DNA from: Planctomycetota bacterium
GTDB lineage: Bacteria; Planctomycetota; SZUA-567; H5-PLA8
Length of the DNA stretch: 64,000 bases
NCBI GenBank assembly: GCA_038227875.1
Contig: JBBRPR010000009.1
Span: 143,331 to 207,330 of the forward strand
Direction of reading: 5' to 3'
A program made the translations under genes and the position numbers. Each line of letters opens with the position of its first letter. The first letter of the stretch is position 1. Under the pieces are notes generated by a model. The model searched no databases and was not told where the DNA came from. It saw only the letters and a list, made by a program, of their open reading frames with translations. Of the stretch, positions 37,917 to 47,411 are shown piece by piece.

Positions 37917-39905
37917 ATGTGCGGTATCGCCGGATTTGCTCATCCCCGTCACTGCAGCCTGCCACCTGAAAATCCTGACGTCATCCAGCGCATGCTCAGC
38001 ACGCTGGCGCAGCGCGGCCCGGATGCGCAAGGCGTCTATCAGCACGAACGCGTGACACTGGGGCACCGGCGGCTGTCCGTGATCGACTTGAGCGGCGGCG
38101 CCCAGCCCATGAGTTCTCACGACGGCGCGCAGCTGACCGTCACCTTCAACGGCGAGATCTACAATTATCAGGAACTGAACACAGAACTGGCCGCGCTCGG
38201 TTTTCACGCGCAGACGCGTTCGGATACCGAAACGCTGCTCAACGCCTACGCCGCGTGGGGCGAGAAGTGCGTCGAGAAGTTCAACGGCATGTTCGCGTTC
38301 GTGATTCACGACCGCCGCGCCAACCGGCTCTTCGGCGCGCGCGACCGCATGGGCAAGAAGCCGTTTTACTACGTGAGCTACCCGGCGTTCTTTGCCTTCG
38401 CCAGCGAACCCAAGGCGCTGCTGCAACACCCCGCGATCCGCCGCGAGATCGATCCCGACGCCGCGGCGCGGTATTTCATTTTTGAATTCGTTCCCGGCAC
38501 CCGCGCCATTTTCAAAGGCATGCACAAGCTCGCCGCCGGCGAGCGCTTCACCTACGCGCTCGACACGGGTACTCTGAAGGTGGAGACGTACTGGGACGTG
38601 CGCTTCGACGCGGTCGCCAAGGCGGCGCAACTGAGCGAGGCCGAATGGATCGAGCGCATCCAGTCGACGCTCGAGCGGGCCGTGCAGCGGCGCTTGATCT
38701 CCGACGTGCCGCTGGGTGTGTTTCTCTCCGGCGGCATCGACAGCTCGGCGATCGCGGCCGTGGCGGTGAAGCTGCGCCAGCCGCAGAAGGTCAGTACGTT
38801 CTCAATCGGATTCAGCGACAAGCGCTTCGACGAAAGTACGTACGCCAAGCGCATGGCCGAATTTCTGGGCACCGACCATCACGAGGAGCATCTCGGCCCG
38901 CAGGCAGCGCTGGACATCCTGCCGCGCGTGCTCGAATTTCTCGACGAACCTTTCGCCGACGCGTCGATTCTGCCCTCGTACCTGCTCTCCCGTTTCGCGC
39001 GGCAGTTTGTGACCGTGGCGCTGGGCGGCGACGGTGGCGATGAACTCTTCGCCGGGTACGATACGTTTCGCGCGCTGCCGGCGGCGAAAATCTACAACGC
39101 GCTGGTGCCGGGATTTTTTCACCGCGGCGTGGTGCAACCGCTGGCGCGGCGGATCCCGGTTGTGTACGGCAACTTCACGTTCGACTTCAAGATCAAACAA
39201 TTTCTGCGTGGCGTGAAACGTCCCGAGAACGAACGGCTCTGGAACTGGCTCGGCGCGTTTCTACCCGAGAGCGCGCTGGCGCTGCTGCAGCCGGAGTTCG
39301 CCGCCAGCCTGGACGGTTCACCGCTGCTGGAACAGACGCACCGGCTGCACGCCAACGTCGCGAACCTCGGGGCGATTGCGCGTGACAGTTATCTCTTCAC
39401 CAAGACCTACCTGGTCGACGGCGTGATGGTGAAAGTCGACCGCGCGACGATGGCCTGTTCGCTCGAAGCGCGCTCGCCGCTGCTGGATCCGGAGTTCGTC
39501 GACCTGGCGTTTTCCATCCCGAGCCGTTTGAAAGTGCGGCGCAATGCGTTGAAATACATCTTCAAAAAGGCACTGCAAGTTCGCGTCCCGGACGATATTC
39601 TGCGCCGGCCGAAAAAGGGTTTCGGCGTTCCCGTGGGCGAATGGTTCCGCGGGCCTCTTCGCGACGCCTTGTGTGACACGCTTCATGAACGACGGCTGCG
39701 TGAAGGCGGCTATTTGAAGCCCGAGGCCGTGCAGAAATTGATCTCCGATCACTTGAGCGGCGCCAGCGATAACCGCAAGGCACTGTGGACGGTCTTCATG
39801 TTCGAACGCTGGCGTGAGCGCTGGCTGAAAGCGGATTCGCCGCGCCCAGCGGATGCGGGCGGGATGCGCGCGAAAATCCAGGCACCCCTGAGGCACACGA
39901 CGTAA
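37917..39905 (+). CDS. asnB: Asparagine synthetase (glutamine-hydrolysing)-family amidotransferase
   Basis: MCGIAG, RGPD, HRRLSVID, FNGEIYN, LSGGIDSS, GDGGDELFAGY, KKGF. Confidence 0.92.
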   Translation: MCGIAGFAHPRHCSLPPENPDVIQRMLSTLAQRGPDAQGVYQHERVTLGHRRLSVIDLSGGAQPMSSHDGAQLTVTFNGEIYNYQELNTELAALGFHAQTRSDTETLLNAYAAWGEKCVEKFNGMFAFVIHDRRANRLFGARDRMGKKPFYYVSYPAFFAFASEPKALLQHPAIRREIDPDAAARYFIFEFVPGTRAIFKGMHKLAAGERFTYALDTGTLKVETYWDVRFDAVAKAAQLSEAEWIERIQSTLERAVQRRLISDVPLGVFLSGGIDSSAIAAVAVKLRQPQKVSTFSIGFSDKRFDESTYAKRMAEFLGTDHHEEHLGPQAALDILPRVLEFLDEPFADASILPSYLLSRFARQFVTVALGGDGGDELFAGYDTFRALPAAKIYNALVPGFFHRGVVQPLARRIPVVYGNFTFDFKIKQFLRGVKRPENERLWNWLGAFLPESALALLQPEFAASLDGSPLLEQTHRLHANVANLGAIARDSYLFTKTYLVDGVMVKVDRATMACSLEARSPLLDPEFVDLAFSIPSRLKVRRNALKYIFKKALQVRVPDDILRRPKKGFGVPVGEWFRGPLRDALCDTLHERRLREGGYLKPEAVQKLISDHLSGASDNRKALWTVFMFERWRERWLKADSPRPADAGGMRAKIQAPLRHTT

Positions 39906-41449
39906 TGCAAGTCCTGGACGATCGCAACTCGCTGCTTTTCGCAGCTGTACTGATTGTGTTCACCGCGGTGGCGTTTCAGGGCTCGCGCGCACTGTGGGAG
40001 CCCGACGAAGGCACGTTCAGCGCCGTCGCCGCCGAAATGTCCGATCGCGGCGATCTGCTGATGCCCACGCTGCACGGCAAACCGTATCCCGAAAAACCGC
40101 CGCTGATGTACTGGGGCATGATCGCCGGCCTGAAGGTGCTCGGCCGCAACGAATGGGGCGAGCGGATTTTCCACGGGTTCTGTTTCGCCGCGTGCGCGCT
40201 GCTGACGGGACTGCTCGGAGGGTCGATGTGGTCGCGGCGCGAAGGTTTGCTGGCCGCCATCATCTACGCGACGATGGCCGTGCCCTTTGTCGCCGGAAAT
40301 ATTGCACGCCCCGACGGACCGCTGGCGCTGGGGACAACGCTGGCGCTGTATTGTTTCTGGAAAAGCGTCGGCTCGCAGCGCGTGGCGCTGTGGAAGCTGC
40401 TGATGTGCGCGGCGTTTGGCATCGCGTTCCTGGGAAAGGGACCGGCGGCGCTGGTCTTTGCGGCGCCGATGTTCGTCTACCTGATCGCGCAGCGGAAAGT
40501 GATTTCGTATTTCCTCACACCGTGGGCGATTGTCGGTGCGGGGATTTTCGCCGTTGTCGGACTGTCGTGGTATTACTACATGGTCAAGACCGACCCGAAA
40601 ATCCTGACGTACTTCTGGGACAACGAAGTTCACGGCCGCCTGGTCTCTCCCAAATACCGCCGCAACCCGGGGTTGATGGGCGCGCTGACGGTCTACGGTC
40701 CCGTGCTGCTGGGCGGCGCGCTGCCGTGGGCGTTCTTCTGGCCGAATTGGATCCGCAAACTTGCGCCCGGATTCACCACACCCAAGTGGTGGCGCGAACT
40801 CTGCAACCGCCCCCAGGAACTGCTGCTCGCCACGTGGCTGATCGTGCCAACGATCGTGATGTGCCTGGCCAGTTCCAAGCTGCCGCTTTACCTGCTGCCG
40901 ATTTTCCCAGCGTTTGCGCTGGCCACCGCGCGCGGGTGGACGCTGGTCTCGCCGGAGGCGCTCAGCGATGTCCGCATGCGTAAGTTCGCGGCGGGATTTG
41001 CGGTGCTGCTCGTGGCCATCCGCGCGGGTTCAGCGTACTTCCCCAGCGACAAGGATTCGCGGCGCTTCTGGAACGAGATGAAAACGATGATTCCCGCGAA
41101 CACGAAGCAGTTCATCGCGATCGACCAGGATCTCAACGGGCTGGGCTTTTATTCGAACATTGAAATCGTCGAATCCACCAACCATGTGGAACTGTTTCCC
41201 GCGTTCGTGCCGCGCATCCTGTTGAGCGACAAGATCAAGGACATCGCCCAGAATAAGATCACCTGCGTGATCATCACCAAGGCCAAGAACAAAGCGAATC
41301 TGGACAAATTCAAAGAGCTGCTCAACAGCTCCGGCATACCGTTCGAAGCGGTGCCCATGCCCTTCAAGCGCAAGCTGCTGATCTGCTACCCGGGCGCGAA
41401 AGACGATCCGCCACAGCCGACCAAGCCGCGAGACTCGGCGGGGTTGTAG
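39905..41449 (+). CDS. ArnT/GT83-family polytopic glycosyltransferase
   Basis: LWEPDEG, EKPPL.YW, LGKGP, SKLPLYLLP; many TM helices; TAATG coupling. Confidence 0.88.
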   Translation: MQVLDDRNSLLFAAVLIVFTAVAFQGSRALWEPDEGTFSAVAAEMSDRGDLLMPTLHGKPYPEKPPLMYWGMIAGLKVLGRNEWGERIFHGFCFAACALLTGLLGGSMWSRREGLLAAIIYATMAVPFVAGNIARPDGPLALGTTLALYCFWKSVGSQRVALWKLLMCAAFGIAFLGKGPAALVFAAPMFVYLIAQRKVISYFLTPWAIVGAGIFAVVGLSWYYYMVKTDPKILTYFWDNEVHGRLVSPKYRRNPGLMGALTVYGPVLLGGALPWAFFWPNWIRKLAPGFTTPKWWRELCNRPQELLLATWLIVPTIVMCLASSKLPLYLLPIFPAFALATARGWTLVSPEALSDVRMRKFAAGFAVLLVAIRAGSAYFPSDKDSRRFWNEMKTMIPANTKQFIAIDQDLNGLGFYSNIEIVESTNHVELFPAFVPRILLSDKIKDIAQNKITCVIITKAKNKANLDKFKELLNSSGIPFEAVPMPFKRKLLICYPGAKDDPPQPTKPRDSAGL

Positions 41450-41573
41450 GGCGAACTTCAGCCTCGAATAGATTAATCGAGCCAAAATCCCGCGAGGGGC
41501 CGGGCCGGGCCACACCTCGCGGGTTAGTCGCTCGATTTATTCACAATCCCTCTTTGGGGTTGAAAGCCAAAAC

Positions 41574-41600
41574 AAAAAAACCCGAAGCTTTCGCTTCGGG
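41574..41600 (-). terminator. Intrinsic terminator of pnp
   Basis: CCCGAAGC-gaaa-GCTTCGGG then T7 on the minus strand. Confidence 0.85.
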
Positions 41601-41638
41601 CTTTCTTGCATGAAAAACATTGCTAACGTCCGGCTGGC

Positions 41639-43846
41639 TTAGTTCCGGCGCGGAGGTCGTCCGCCGCCGCCACCACCCCGGCGTCCGCCGCCACCACCAC
41701 CGCCACCGTGTCCGCCGCCGCCACCTTCACCACCGGGTGTCGGCTGCGCTTCGGTGCCCGGAGCGAGCACGGCTTTGCGGGAGAGCTTCAGGCGGCCCAG
41801 GTCGTCGATGGCCAGCAGCTTCACTTCCATCTTGTCGCCGACCTTGCAGAACTCCTGCGGATTCTTGACGTAGGTCACGTCCAGTTCCGAGACGTGGCAC
41901 ATGCCGTCGGTGCCCGGCATGATCTCGAAGAACACGCCGAACTCCTTGATGTTGACCACTTCGCCCATGTAGATCTTGCCCACTTCGGCCGTTCCAGCGA
42001 GGCCTTCGATTTCGCGCTGGCAGGCTTCGGCATTGTCGCGCTTGGGGCTGGCCACGATCACGCTGCCGTCGTCTTTCACTTCGATCGTCACCTGGTACTT
42101 CTCTTCCAGCTGGCGGATCATCTTGCCGCCCGGTCCGATCAGCTTGCCGATCTTGTCGACGGCCACCTTCATCTGCACGATCTTCGGCGCGTGCTGGCTG
42201 ATGTTCGTGCGTGGTTCGGCCAGGACCTTCGCCATCTGATCGAGAATGTGGATGCGGCCATCCTTGGCCTGGGCCAAAGCGCGGCGCATCACTTCCGGCG
42301 GAATGCCCATGCTCTTCAAATCCATCTGCAGCGCGGTCACGCCATTGCGCGTGCCGGCCACCTTGAAGTCCATGTCACCGTAATGATCTTCGTCGCCGAG
42401 GATGTCGGAGACGATGCAGTATTCACCGTTCTCTTCCACCAATCCCATCGCGATGCCGGCCACCGGGGCCTTCATCGGGACGCCCGCGTCCAGCAGCGCC
42501 AGCGTGCCGCCGCAGACCGTGGCCATCGAGCTGGAACCGTTGGATTCCATGATTTCCGAGACGAGACGGAGCGTGTACGGGAAATTCACGAAGTCGGGAA
42601 GCATCGGCTTGATCGCGCGGCGCGCGAGGTGACCGTGTCCGATTTCGCGGCGGCCAGGTCCGCGCGGCATCTTCACTTCGCCGACGCTGAAGCTCGGGAA
42701 GTTGTAATGCAGCATGAACTTGTCCGTGTATTCGCCGCGCAGCGATTCGATCGTCTGTTCGTCGCTGGTGGTGCCCATTGTGGCCACCACGATCGCCTGC
42801 GTTTCACCGCGGGTGAAGAGCGCCGAACCGTGAGCGCGGGGGAGCAGTCCGACTTCGCAGGAAATCGGGCGGATTTCGTTGCGCTTGCGGCCGTCGCAGC
42901 GGACGCCTTCGCGGATCAGCGTGCGGATCGCTTTTTCGTGGAGCGAATCGAACGCGGCTTTGACCACTTCCGCGCCCGGCTTGGAGGTGTCTTCCGGAGT
43001 CTTGCGCGCGTACTTCTCGATCAACTCCGCCCGGAGCTGCTTGAGGGCGTCGCGCCGGCCGAATTTCGTCGGCGTCAACGCGGCGCGCTTGCCGGCTTCG
43101 AGGTGCTCGCTGACGATCACGGCGACCAGCGGATGCGATTCGGGCGACTGGAACGGATCCTTCTTCGGCTGCACCTTCGCAACCAGTTCTTCCTGCATCG
43201 AAACGATTTCCTTGATCGCCGCGTGGCCGAATTCAATCGCGTTGATCATCGCTTCTTCGTCGAGTTCCTGGGCACCGGCTTCGACCATGAGCACGGCCGA
43301 CTTGCTACCGGCGATGGTCAGTTCCAGCGCGCTCTTTTCCAGTTCCGTGTGCGAGGGGTTGAGCTTGAACTGTCCGTCAACGTAGCCGACGCGGACGGCG
43401 CCCATCGGTCCCTGGAAGGGGAGATTGGAGACAGCCAGGGCCGCGGAGGACGCGATCATGGCGAGAATATCCGGATCGACATCGGGCTCGGCCGAAAGAA
43501 CCAGACACTGGATCAGCACGTCGCGGACGTAGCCGGTGGGCCAGAGCGGACGGATGGGCCGGTCGATCAGGCGCATCGTCAGCGTTTCCTTGTCGGAGGG
43601 CTTGCCTTCGCGCTTCATGAACCGGCCGCCGAAGATCATGCCGGAGGCGTAACCTTTTTCGCGGTAGTCGACGGTGAGCGGAAAGAAGTCGGTCCCCGCC
43701 TTGACGTCCTGGTCGGTGACCGCGGCGAAGACCATGGTTTCACCCACGGTGACGACGGCCGCGCCGCCTGCCTGCTTGGCAATCTTGCCAGTTTCGATTT
43801 TCAGTGTCCTGCCGCCGATTTGGCGTTCGACAATGACGTGAGCCAC
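41639..43846 (-). CDS. pnp: Polyribonucleotide nucleotidyltransferase (PNPase)
   Basis: FFPLTVDY, HGSALFTRGETQ, ESNGSSSMA, GDMDFKVAG, KH and S1 domains. Confidence 0.98.
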   Translation of the reverse strand: MAHVIVERQIGGRTLKIETGKIAKQAGGAAVVTVGETMVFAAVTDQDVKAGTDFFPLTVDYREKGYASGMIFGGRFMKREGKPSDKETLTMRLIDRPIRPLWPTGYVRDVLIQCLVLSAEPDVDPDILAMIASSAALAVSNLPFQGPMGAVRVGYVDGQFKLNPSHTELEKSALELTIAGSKSAVLMVEAGAQELDEEAMINAIEFGHAAIKEIVSMQEELVAKVQPKKDPFQSPESHPLVAVIVSEHLEAGKRAALTPTKFGRRDALKQLRAELIEKYARKTPEDTSKPGAEVVKAAFDSLHEKAIRTLIREGVRCDGRKRNEIRPISCEVGLLPRAHGSALFTRGETQAIVVATMGTTSDEQTIESLRGEYTDKFMLHYNFPSFSVGEVKMPRGPGRREIGHGHLARRAIKPMLPDFVNFPYTLRLVSEIMESNGSSSMATVCGGTLALLDAGVPMKAPVAGIAMGLVEENGEYCIVSDILGDEDHYGDMDFKVAGTRNGVTALQMDLKSMGIPPEVMRRALAQAKDGRIHILDQMAKVLAEPRTNISQHAPKIVQMKVAVDKIGKLIGPGGKMIRQLEEKYQVTIEVKDDGSVIVASPKRDNAEACQREIEGLAGTAEVGKIYMGEVVNIKEFGVFFEIMPGTDGMCHVSELDVTYVKNPQEFCKVGDKMEVKLLAIDDLGRLKLSRKAVLAPGTEAQPTPGGEGGGGGHGGGGGGGGRRGGGGGGRPPRRN

Positions 43847-44021
43847 GTGCGTTTCTCCTTAAACGATTCGGGATATGAGATTCGTGGTCTGGCGGAAGCG
43901 TCGAGCTGTCCCGAAACGATTACATCCGGCCCGAGTTGCGCGGAGGCCGGATGAAAGTAATCGAAACAAAATCGGGAGGAGCAGGTACTTCTGGCAATCC
44001 AAAATCTATTCCAAAATCAGA

Positions 44022-44291
44022 TTACTTGCGGAGTCCGAGGCGCTCGATGAGGGTCTTATAGCGCTCGACATCCCTGTCACGCAGGTAGGTCAGTAGGCGG
44101 TTGCGTCGCGCGACCATTTTGGTCAGGCCGAGACGGGAATGGTTGTCCTTGGGATGAGTCTTCAAATGGCCGGTCATGGAGACGATCCGCTCCGTCAACA
44201 GCGCCACCTGAACCTCGGTGCTTCCCGAATCTTTCGGGCTGGTCCGATAGCTGGTAAGAAGTTCTGTCCGACGGGCCGGCGTCATAACCAT
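44022..44291 (-). CDS. rpsO: 30S ribosomal protein S15
   Basis: DSGSTEVQVALLT..HPKD..RR.RLL.YL..LGLRK; upstream of pnp. Confidence 0.97.
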   Translation of the reverse strand: MVMTPARRTELLTSYRTSPKDSGSTEVQVALLTERIVSMTGHLKTHPKDNHSRLGLTKMVARRNRLLTYLRDRDVERYKTLIERLGLRK

Positions 44292-44584
44292 GACTGCTAT
44301 TTCTCACTCCTTGGCATCATTTCCGTCCCAGTGCGTTTCGCGCCCGGGCGTACTGTTTGTCCTGTCCATCTGGGCGCTCACCAATGAGCACCCGCGGCGC
44401 GCTTCCCCCTGTAAACGGCGCGCCCCATGCGTTTCCCTTGTTTACCGAGGGAGAACTTACTGAGTCGGGGAGCGATTGCAAGTCGCAATTCACAATCATG
44501 CTCACAGAAGCTTAAACTTTACGCGATTAGTGCTTCATTTCCACCCCGGCCCGCGCCGATGCCATAATAAGGGGGAATTTCGCC

Positions 44585-45202
44585 ATGAAACCATGGGCGT
44601 TCGTCGTCGCGTTGGTCATTATCGCCGGAGTCCTCTGTTTCTGCCGCGACAGTTCACGCGCCACGGAATCCGCAACTCCCGACTCCGATGCAGGAGAGGC
44701 TGAACTCGTGACCGCCTCCAGCCCCGCATATCAAGCGACGACCGATCCGTACATCGTCGTGCGCAAGGCCGATCGGCGGCTGGAACTGCATTCCGCGCAC
44801 GCGCTGCTCGGCACGTACCGCATCGCGCTGGGAAATTCGCCGGCCGGATCGAAGGTCCGCGAAGGCGACGGCCGCACTCCCGAAGGCCGCTACTTCGTCT
44901 GCACGAAAAAATTCAACAGCAAGTACTACCGCTCGCTGGGCATCAGCTATCCGGGCTTGAACGACGCCGAACGCGGACTGCGCGACAAGATGATCACACA
45001 GAAGGAATTCGACGACATCCGCGCCGCCATCGAAGACCGCGTCTGCCCGCCATGGAACACCGCGCTCGGCGGCGCCGTCTGCATTCACGGCAACGGCTCC
45101 GCGGCCGATTGGACGCTGGGCTGCATCGCGCTCGACAATGCCGACATGGATACGCTGTTCGAACGCGTGTCCGCGGGGACGGATGTGATTGTGATGCCGT
45201 AA
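44585..45202 (+). CDS. L,D-transpeptidase (YkuD) family protein, YafK/DpaA-like
   Basis: K.REGDGRTPEG.Y, ISYP, IHG...WTLGCIAL. Confidence 0.88.
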   Translation: MKPWAFVVALVIIAGVLCFCRDSSRATESATPDSDAGEAELVTASSPAYQATTDPYIVVRKADRRLELHSAHALLGTYRIALGNSPAGSKVREGDGRTPEGRYFVCTKKFNSKYYRSLGISYPGLNDAERGLRDKMITQKEFDDIRAAIEDRVCPPWNTALGGAVCIHGNGSAADWTLGCIALDNADMDTLFERVSAGTDVIVMP

Positions 45203-45294
45203 TTGTTTGAAGTTCGATCTACAATTTATACGTTGCTGATCTTTTATTCACACGCCCATCACGTAAAACCAATACGCCATCCCGGAGGAAAATC

Positions 45295-46014
45295 ATGATG
45301 AATCGATGGGGTATTCTCACGCTGCTTCTCGCGGTCTGCGCGTTTGGCGCTTGTGCGGCGGATAGCTTGAAGATCACGATCACCGGCGACACGCTGGCGA
45401 TCAACGGCGGCGAAACGAAGCTCAACGCCGCGCACTGGGCCAGGCCTGAAGAGAGCTGGCGCACGGTCGGAGAACTCGCGAAGTCCGCGCTGCCGCCCGC
45501 CGAAGCCGATGGCCGCCGCCCGAACGTGACGCTGCTGGTGGAAGTCGACAACAAGGCCAGTTGGGGCGCGCTGAAGACCGTGCTGATCGCGTCGGCGAAC
45601 CTCGGCATCGAAAAGGCACAGGTCACGGTGAAGGGCACCCCGGGCATGGCGCTCGCATTGCCCGGCGCCTATGCCGGCAAGGACGACGTTCCATTTGCTC
45701 TGGCAGAGGGCCCCGCCTCGACGCTCGTCGCGGAATCCGGCGGCAAGAAAATTCCCTGCGATGTCACGTCGCTGACCGCATTCGTCAAACAGAATCCAAA
45801 AGCCGTGTTTCTCGTCACCGCTGCGACTTCACTTCCAGCGGGAAAGGTGGCCAGCGTCGTCACCGTGCTTCAGCAGCACCACGCCGCAGTGAACTTTCTT
45901 CAACTGAAAGCTGCCACCGCCGACGACGTGGCCAAGCGCAACGAAGCCAAGGAGGCCGTCGACAAGGCTCTCGACGGAGCCATCGGCGGCATGGGTGGCA
46001 TGGGCGGTAAGTAA
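45295..46014 (+). CDS. Secreted protein with two ExbD/TolR-periplasmic-like segments
   Basis: Signal peptide; VEVDNKASWGALKTVL..LGIEK and TAATSLPAGKVASVV; GGMGGMGGK tail. Confidence 0.5.
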   Translation: MMNRWGILTLLLAVCAFGACAADSLKITITGDTLAINGGETKLNAAHWARPEESWRTVGELAKSALPPAEADGRRPNVTLLVEVDNKASWGALKTVLIASANLGIEKAQVTVKGTPGMALALPGAYAGKDDVPFALAEGPASTLVAESGGKKIPCDVTSLTAFVKQNPKAVFLVTAATSLPAGKVASVVTVLQQHHAAVNFLQLKAATADDVAKRNEAKEAVDKALDGAIGGMGGMGGK

Positions 46015-46015
46015 G

Positions 46016-47323
46016 TTGCCACGATTTCTTCCGCTTTTAATTTTGCTCCTTTCCGCTCGCACGTTAATGGCGGAAGACACGCGGTCGTCGAATACATCGC
46101 CACAGCCCGCGCCGATCGAATCCGACACGGATTGGTGGCACGGGAGGTGGGCGGCCGGCGATTGGAACGGTCATCGCGCCGAGCTGGAGAAAAAAGGCGT
46201 CGTCTTCGAATTCACCTATACGGCTGAAGTGCGCAGCAACACTGCCGGCGGCATCAATACCAACCACGCCACCGAGTACGTTCAGAACACCAACGCCTCG
46301 CTTGATTTTTTCACGGAGAAATTCGGACTGTATTCCGGCGGCGAATTTTTCATCCGCTACGAAGGCGTCGCGGGTTCCGGCATCTCGACGCACCATACCG
46401 GCGACAATCAACTGGTCAGCAACATCGACGCGCCGCCGTTCAATCAAATCAGCGAATTGTTTTATCGACACAGCATCCTGGACGATACGCTGCACTTTAA
46501 AATCGGCAAGCAGGACGGAACTGGCGATTTTCTCACGCTGAAATACGCCACAGAGTTCAACAACTCGTCCTTTGGCTGCATTCCCACCGTTCCGATCCCG
46601 AAGTTTCACAATTATGCGTTGGGTGCGGTAGTCAGCTGCGACGCGACGGATTGGTTCACGTTTACAGCAGGTGTCTACGATGGCGATTCGACGGGCAAGA
46701 CCACGGGTTTCGACACCGCCTTCGAGCACGCTTTTCATGAATACTCGATGCTGGAACTGACCTTCAAGCCCAAGCTCGCCGCCGATCTGCCCACGATCAT
46801 TCACGTCGGCACGTGGCATCAACGTGTGGGTCTGCCGTTGCCGGGAAGCATGACAGCGCCCGGTTCCGGACCGCCGCACACCGTGTTCCGCCATGACCTT
46901 GGCGCGTACGGTGAGTTCGAGCAATTGCTGTTCAACTTTGAAGAGAAGAAATCCAAGGACGCGACGAATTCTGAAAAGTCCGAGCCTGGAACCGAGCGCG
47001 GCATCGCCATCGTCGGCCAGGTGGGATGGAGTCCTGACGACCGCAACGAAACTCCGCGCTACTTCGGCGCGGGCGTGCGCGCCAAAGGGATCTTCGATGC
47101 GCGTCCTGCGGATGTCATCGGCGCCGGCATCGCCAGCGTGCTATTCGCGCCACGCGCGCGGCATCTGGAAGGCAAGAGCGAAGAATCGGCAATCGAATTC
47201 TTTTACAAGGTTCAGGCCAGCCAGTTCCTCTATTTCCAGCCTGATTTTCAATACGTCGTCAAGCCGGATGGAAATGAGCGCGATGCGGTGACGGCCGGAA
47301 TTCGTTTTCAAGTTGTATTCTAA
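46016..47323 (+). CDS. OprB-family carbohydrate porin
   Basis: GDWNG.R..LE.KG, SNID, KIGKQD, E.FYK.Q..QPDFQYV..P.G, terminal Phe; start uncertain. Confidence 0.88.
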   Translation: MPRFLPLLILLLSARTLMAEDTRSSNTSPQPAPIESDTDWWHGRWAAGDWNGHRAELEKKGVVFEFTYTAEVRSNTAGGINTNHATEYVQNTNASLDFFTEKFGLYSGGEFFIRYEGVAGSGISTHHTGDNQLVSNIDAPPFNQISELFYRHSILDDTLHFKIGKQDGTGDFLTLKYATEFNNSSFGCIPTVPIPKFHNYALGAVVSCDATDWFTFTAGVYDGDSTGKTTGFDTAFEHAFHEYSMLELTFKPKLAADLPTIIHVGTWHQRVGLPLPGSMTAPGSGPPHTVFRHDLGAYGEFEQLLFNFEEKKSKDATNSEKSEPGTERGIAIVGQVGWSPDDRNETPRYFGAGVRAKGIFDARPADVIGAGIASVLFAPRARHLEGKSEESAIEFFYKVQASQFLYFQPDFQYVVKPDGNERDAVTAGIRFQVVF

Positions 47324-47411
47324 CGCCGGAATTTTCAAAAATTCCCGACAGTGACTCCGCTTTGCATCGTTATCAATTCAGCTGCTCATTATAAGATGGA
47401 GACTCTTCCCT

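Noticed and set aside
41708..43954. 748-aa plus-strand ORF
   Set aside because: Antisense shadow of pnp.
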